Assembly (NCBI RefSeq): GCF_006345805.1
Contig: NC_043022.1
Coordinates: 5,766,001-5,830,000, forward strand
Direction: 5' to 3'
DNA length: 64,000 nt
Origin: Octopus sinensis
Taxonomy: Eukaryota
This document shows, one piece after another, positions 62,422 to 64,000 of this stretch. The notes under the pieces are model-generated. The model worked only from the letters and a program-made list of their open reading frames with translations. It did not search any database and was not told the DNA's origin. The position numbers were made by a program, and so were the translations under genes. Position 1 is the first letter of the stretch. Each line of letters starts with the position of its first letter.

Positions 62422-63631
62422 AGGTGTCAGTGTTGTCATGGGTGTTACTGTCAGCCAAAAAAGGGCCAGGACAGAGAATGTAAGGCCTTTCATCAACCCC
62501 AAACCCTTTTAATTCCATGTACAAGATTTACCATTTTATTTATTTTTTTTTTCTCGTCTCAGTTGGCATTTAGTAGGCTATGGGCTGACTCCTTCCTCAG
62601 TGGAACACCACAGAAAAGATCCAGTGGATAGCAGTTGTTTATGTAACCACAAACATATCAACTTGGGTATTCAGAGAAACTTGATCTGACCCAGGGGCAT
62701 CACGCTACCCCTATTTTTGTCTACCCCCACCCCTCAACACCACTGGGTTTTCACAACTTTATAAAGAACTTCTGTTACTTCCTGCTAAGCACTTAGGGGT
62801 TCCTCAGCTGGCAGATCAGCTGTGCGTGTGTGTGTGTGTCTGTGTGTGTGTATGTGTGTTTATGTGTGTGTGCATGTGTGTGTGTGTGTGGTTGGTTGTA
62901 TGTTTATGCATGAGTAGTGTTTCTGTGTGTGTGTGTGTGTGTGTGTATGTGTGTGTGTATGTGTGTGTGTTTATGTGTGCGGTTGATTGTATGTTTAAGC
63001 ACAAGTAGTGTTTCTGTGTGTGCGTGTGTGTGTGTGTATATATGTGTGTGTGTGTGTGAATGTGTGTATGTGTGTGTGTGTGTGTATTTGTACTAAGTTA
63101 ACCCTGCACTGCTTTACTTTATCTGACCTCACTCATTACAGCCAGCAATGGATAATCCTCTTTCTCTCCTCCTCACCTCCCCTTCCACCTCCACCTCCTC
63201 CTCCTCATCATCATCATCATCACTGCCACCACCACCACCACCACCACTACCACCAAAAGCGTAAATGTGTGTCGTGTGGTGTTATGCTTGTCTGAAGAAT
63301 GTTGTGTTGTGGAGTTATGCCTTTCCCAAGAACGTGATCCCAAGTTGTGGTGTTGTTCCTTCCCCGAAAAGCATTTTTGAATATAGGTGAAGAGACGAAA
63401 CAGCTGCAAGAATTCATTGGAACTGTGTCAGAATCCAGACATGCTGGGAACCTCCTCTCAAGAGCAACAGATCTGTGACAAGAGAACCAAAACCAGGAAA
63501 CCAATATTTACAGAAACTCCAGTTACAATTAGCAGCAGTAATGCTGTTGTTGATGTTGTTGTCATTTGAGAAGATTCTATTATTTTCTTATTTGTTTCAG
63601 TCATTTTAAATTTTATATTTTATATATATAT

Positions 63632-64000
63632 ACTCTTTTACTCTTTTACTTGTTTCAGTCATCTGACTGCAGCCATGCTGGAGCACCGCCTTTAGTCAAT
63701 CAAATCGACCCCGGGACTAATTCTTTGTAAGCCCAGTACTTATTCTATCGGTCTCTTTTGCCGAACCGCTAAGTGACGGGGACGTAAACACATCAGCATC
63801 GGTTGTCAAACAATGCTAGGGGGACAAACACAGACACACAAACACATATATATACATATACATATATACGACAGGCTTCTTTCAGTTTCCGTCTACCAAA
63901 TCCACTCACAAGGCATTGGTCGGCCCGGGGCTATAGCAGAAGACACTTGCCCAAGATGCCACGCAGTGGGCCTGAACCCGGAACCATGTGGTTGGTTAGC
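63632..64000 (-). mobile_element. SINE family A, young; runs off the window
   Basis: Near-consensus reverse copy. Confidence 0.92.

Noticed and set aside
63140-63570. Two possible plus-strand exons (Pro/His-rich, then EETKQLQEF...)
   Set aside because: Joined frames hit early stops; low complexity; no homology recognised.

Overview
Repeat-dense eukaryotic genomic DNA, most likely a coleoid cephalopod (Octopus-type SINE families; this assignment is from recall and was not searched). No cellular protein-coding gene can be recognised. Nearly all ORFs in the supplied track are translations of microsatellites or SINEs. Content: (i) many simple repeats; (ii) at least five tRNA-headed SINE families (labelled A, B, D, E and hybrids here) plus many short RTE-LINE 3' ends (labelled C); (iii) decayed coding fragments of an RTE LINE, CR1/L2-type LINEs, a CRE-type RLE retrotransposon, three Tc1/mariner transposases and a Helitron RepHel; (iv) mariner, pogo/Tigger and piggyBac-type MITEs and a non-autonomous Helitron; (v) a SINE-poor, CpG-retaining stretch at about 14.9-16.9 kb that may be a gene 5' region. 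The most notable signal is a set of short AT-rich, often fold-back elements, probably Penelope-like-derived, that carry minimal type I hammerhead ribozyme folds. There are three near-intact examples (10222-10275, 18648-18698, 19819-19879), one three-copy family with U at the normally conserved A6 position, and several decayed remnants. One example has a compensatory G3:C8 core swap. All folds were read by eye; none was computed or tested. SINE and repeat boundaries are approximate.
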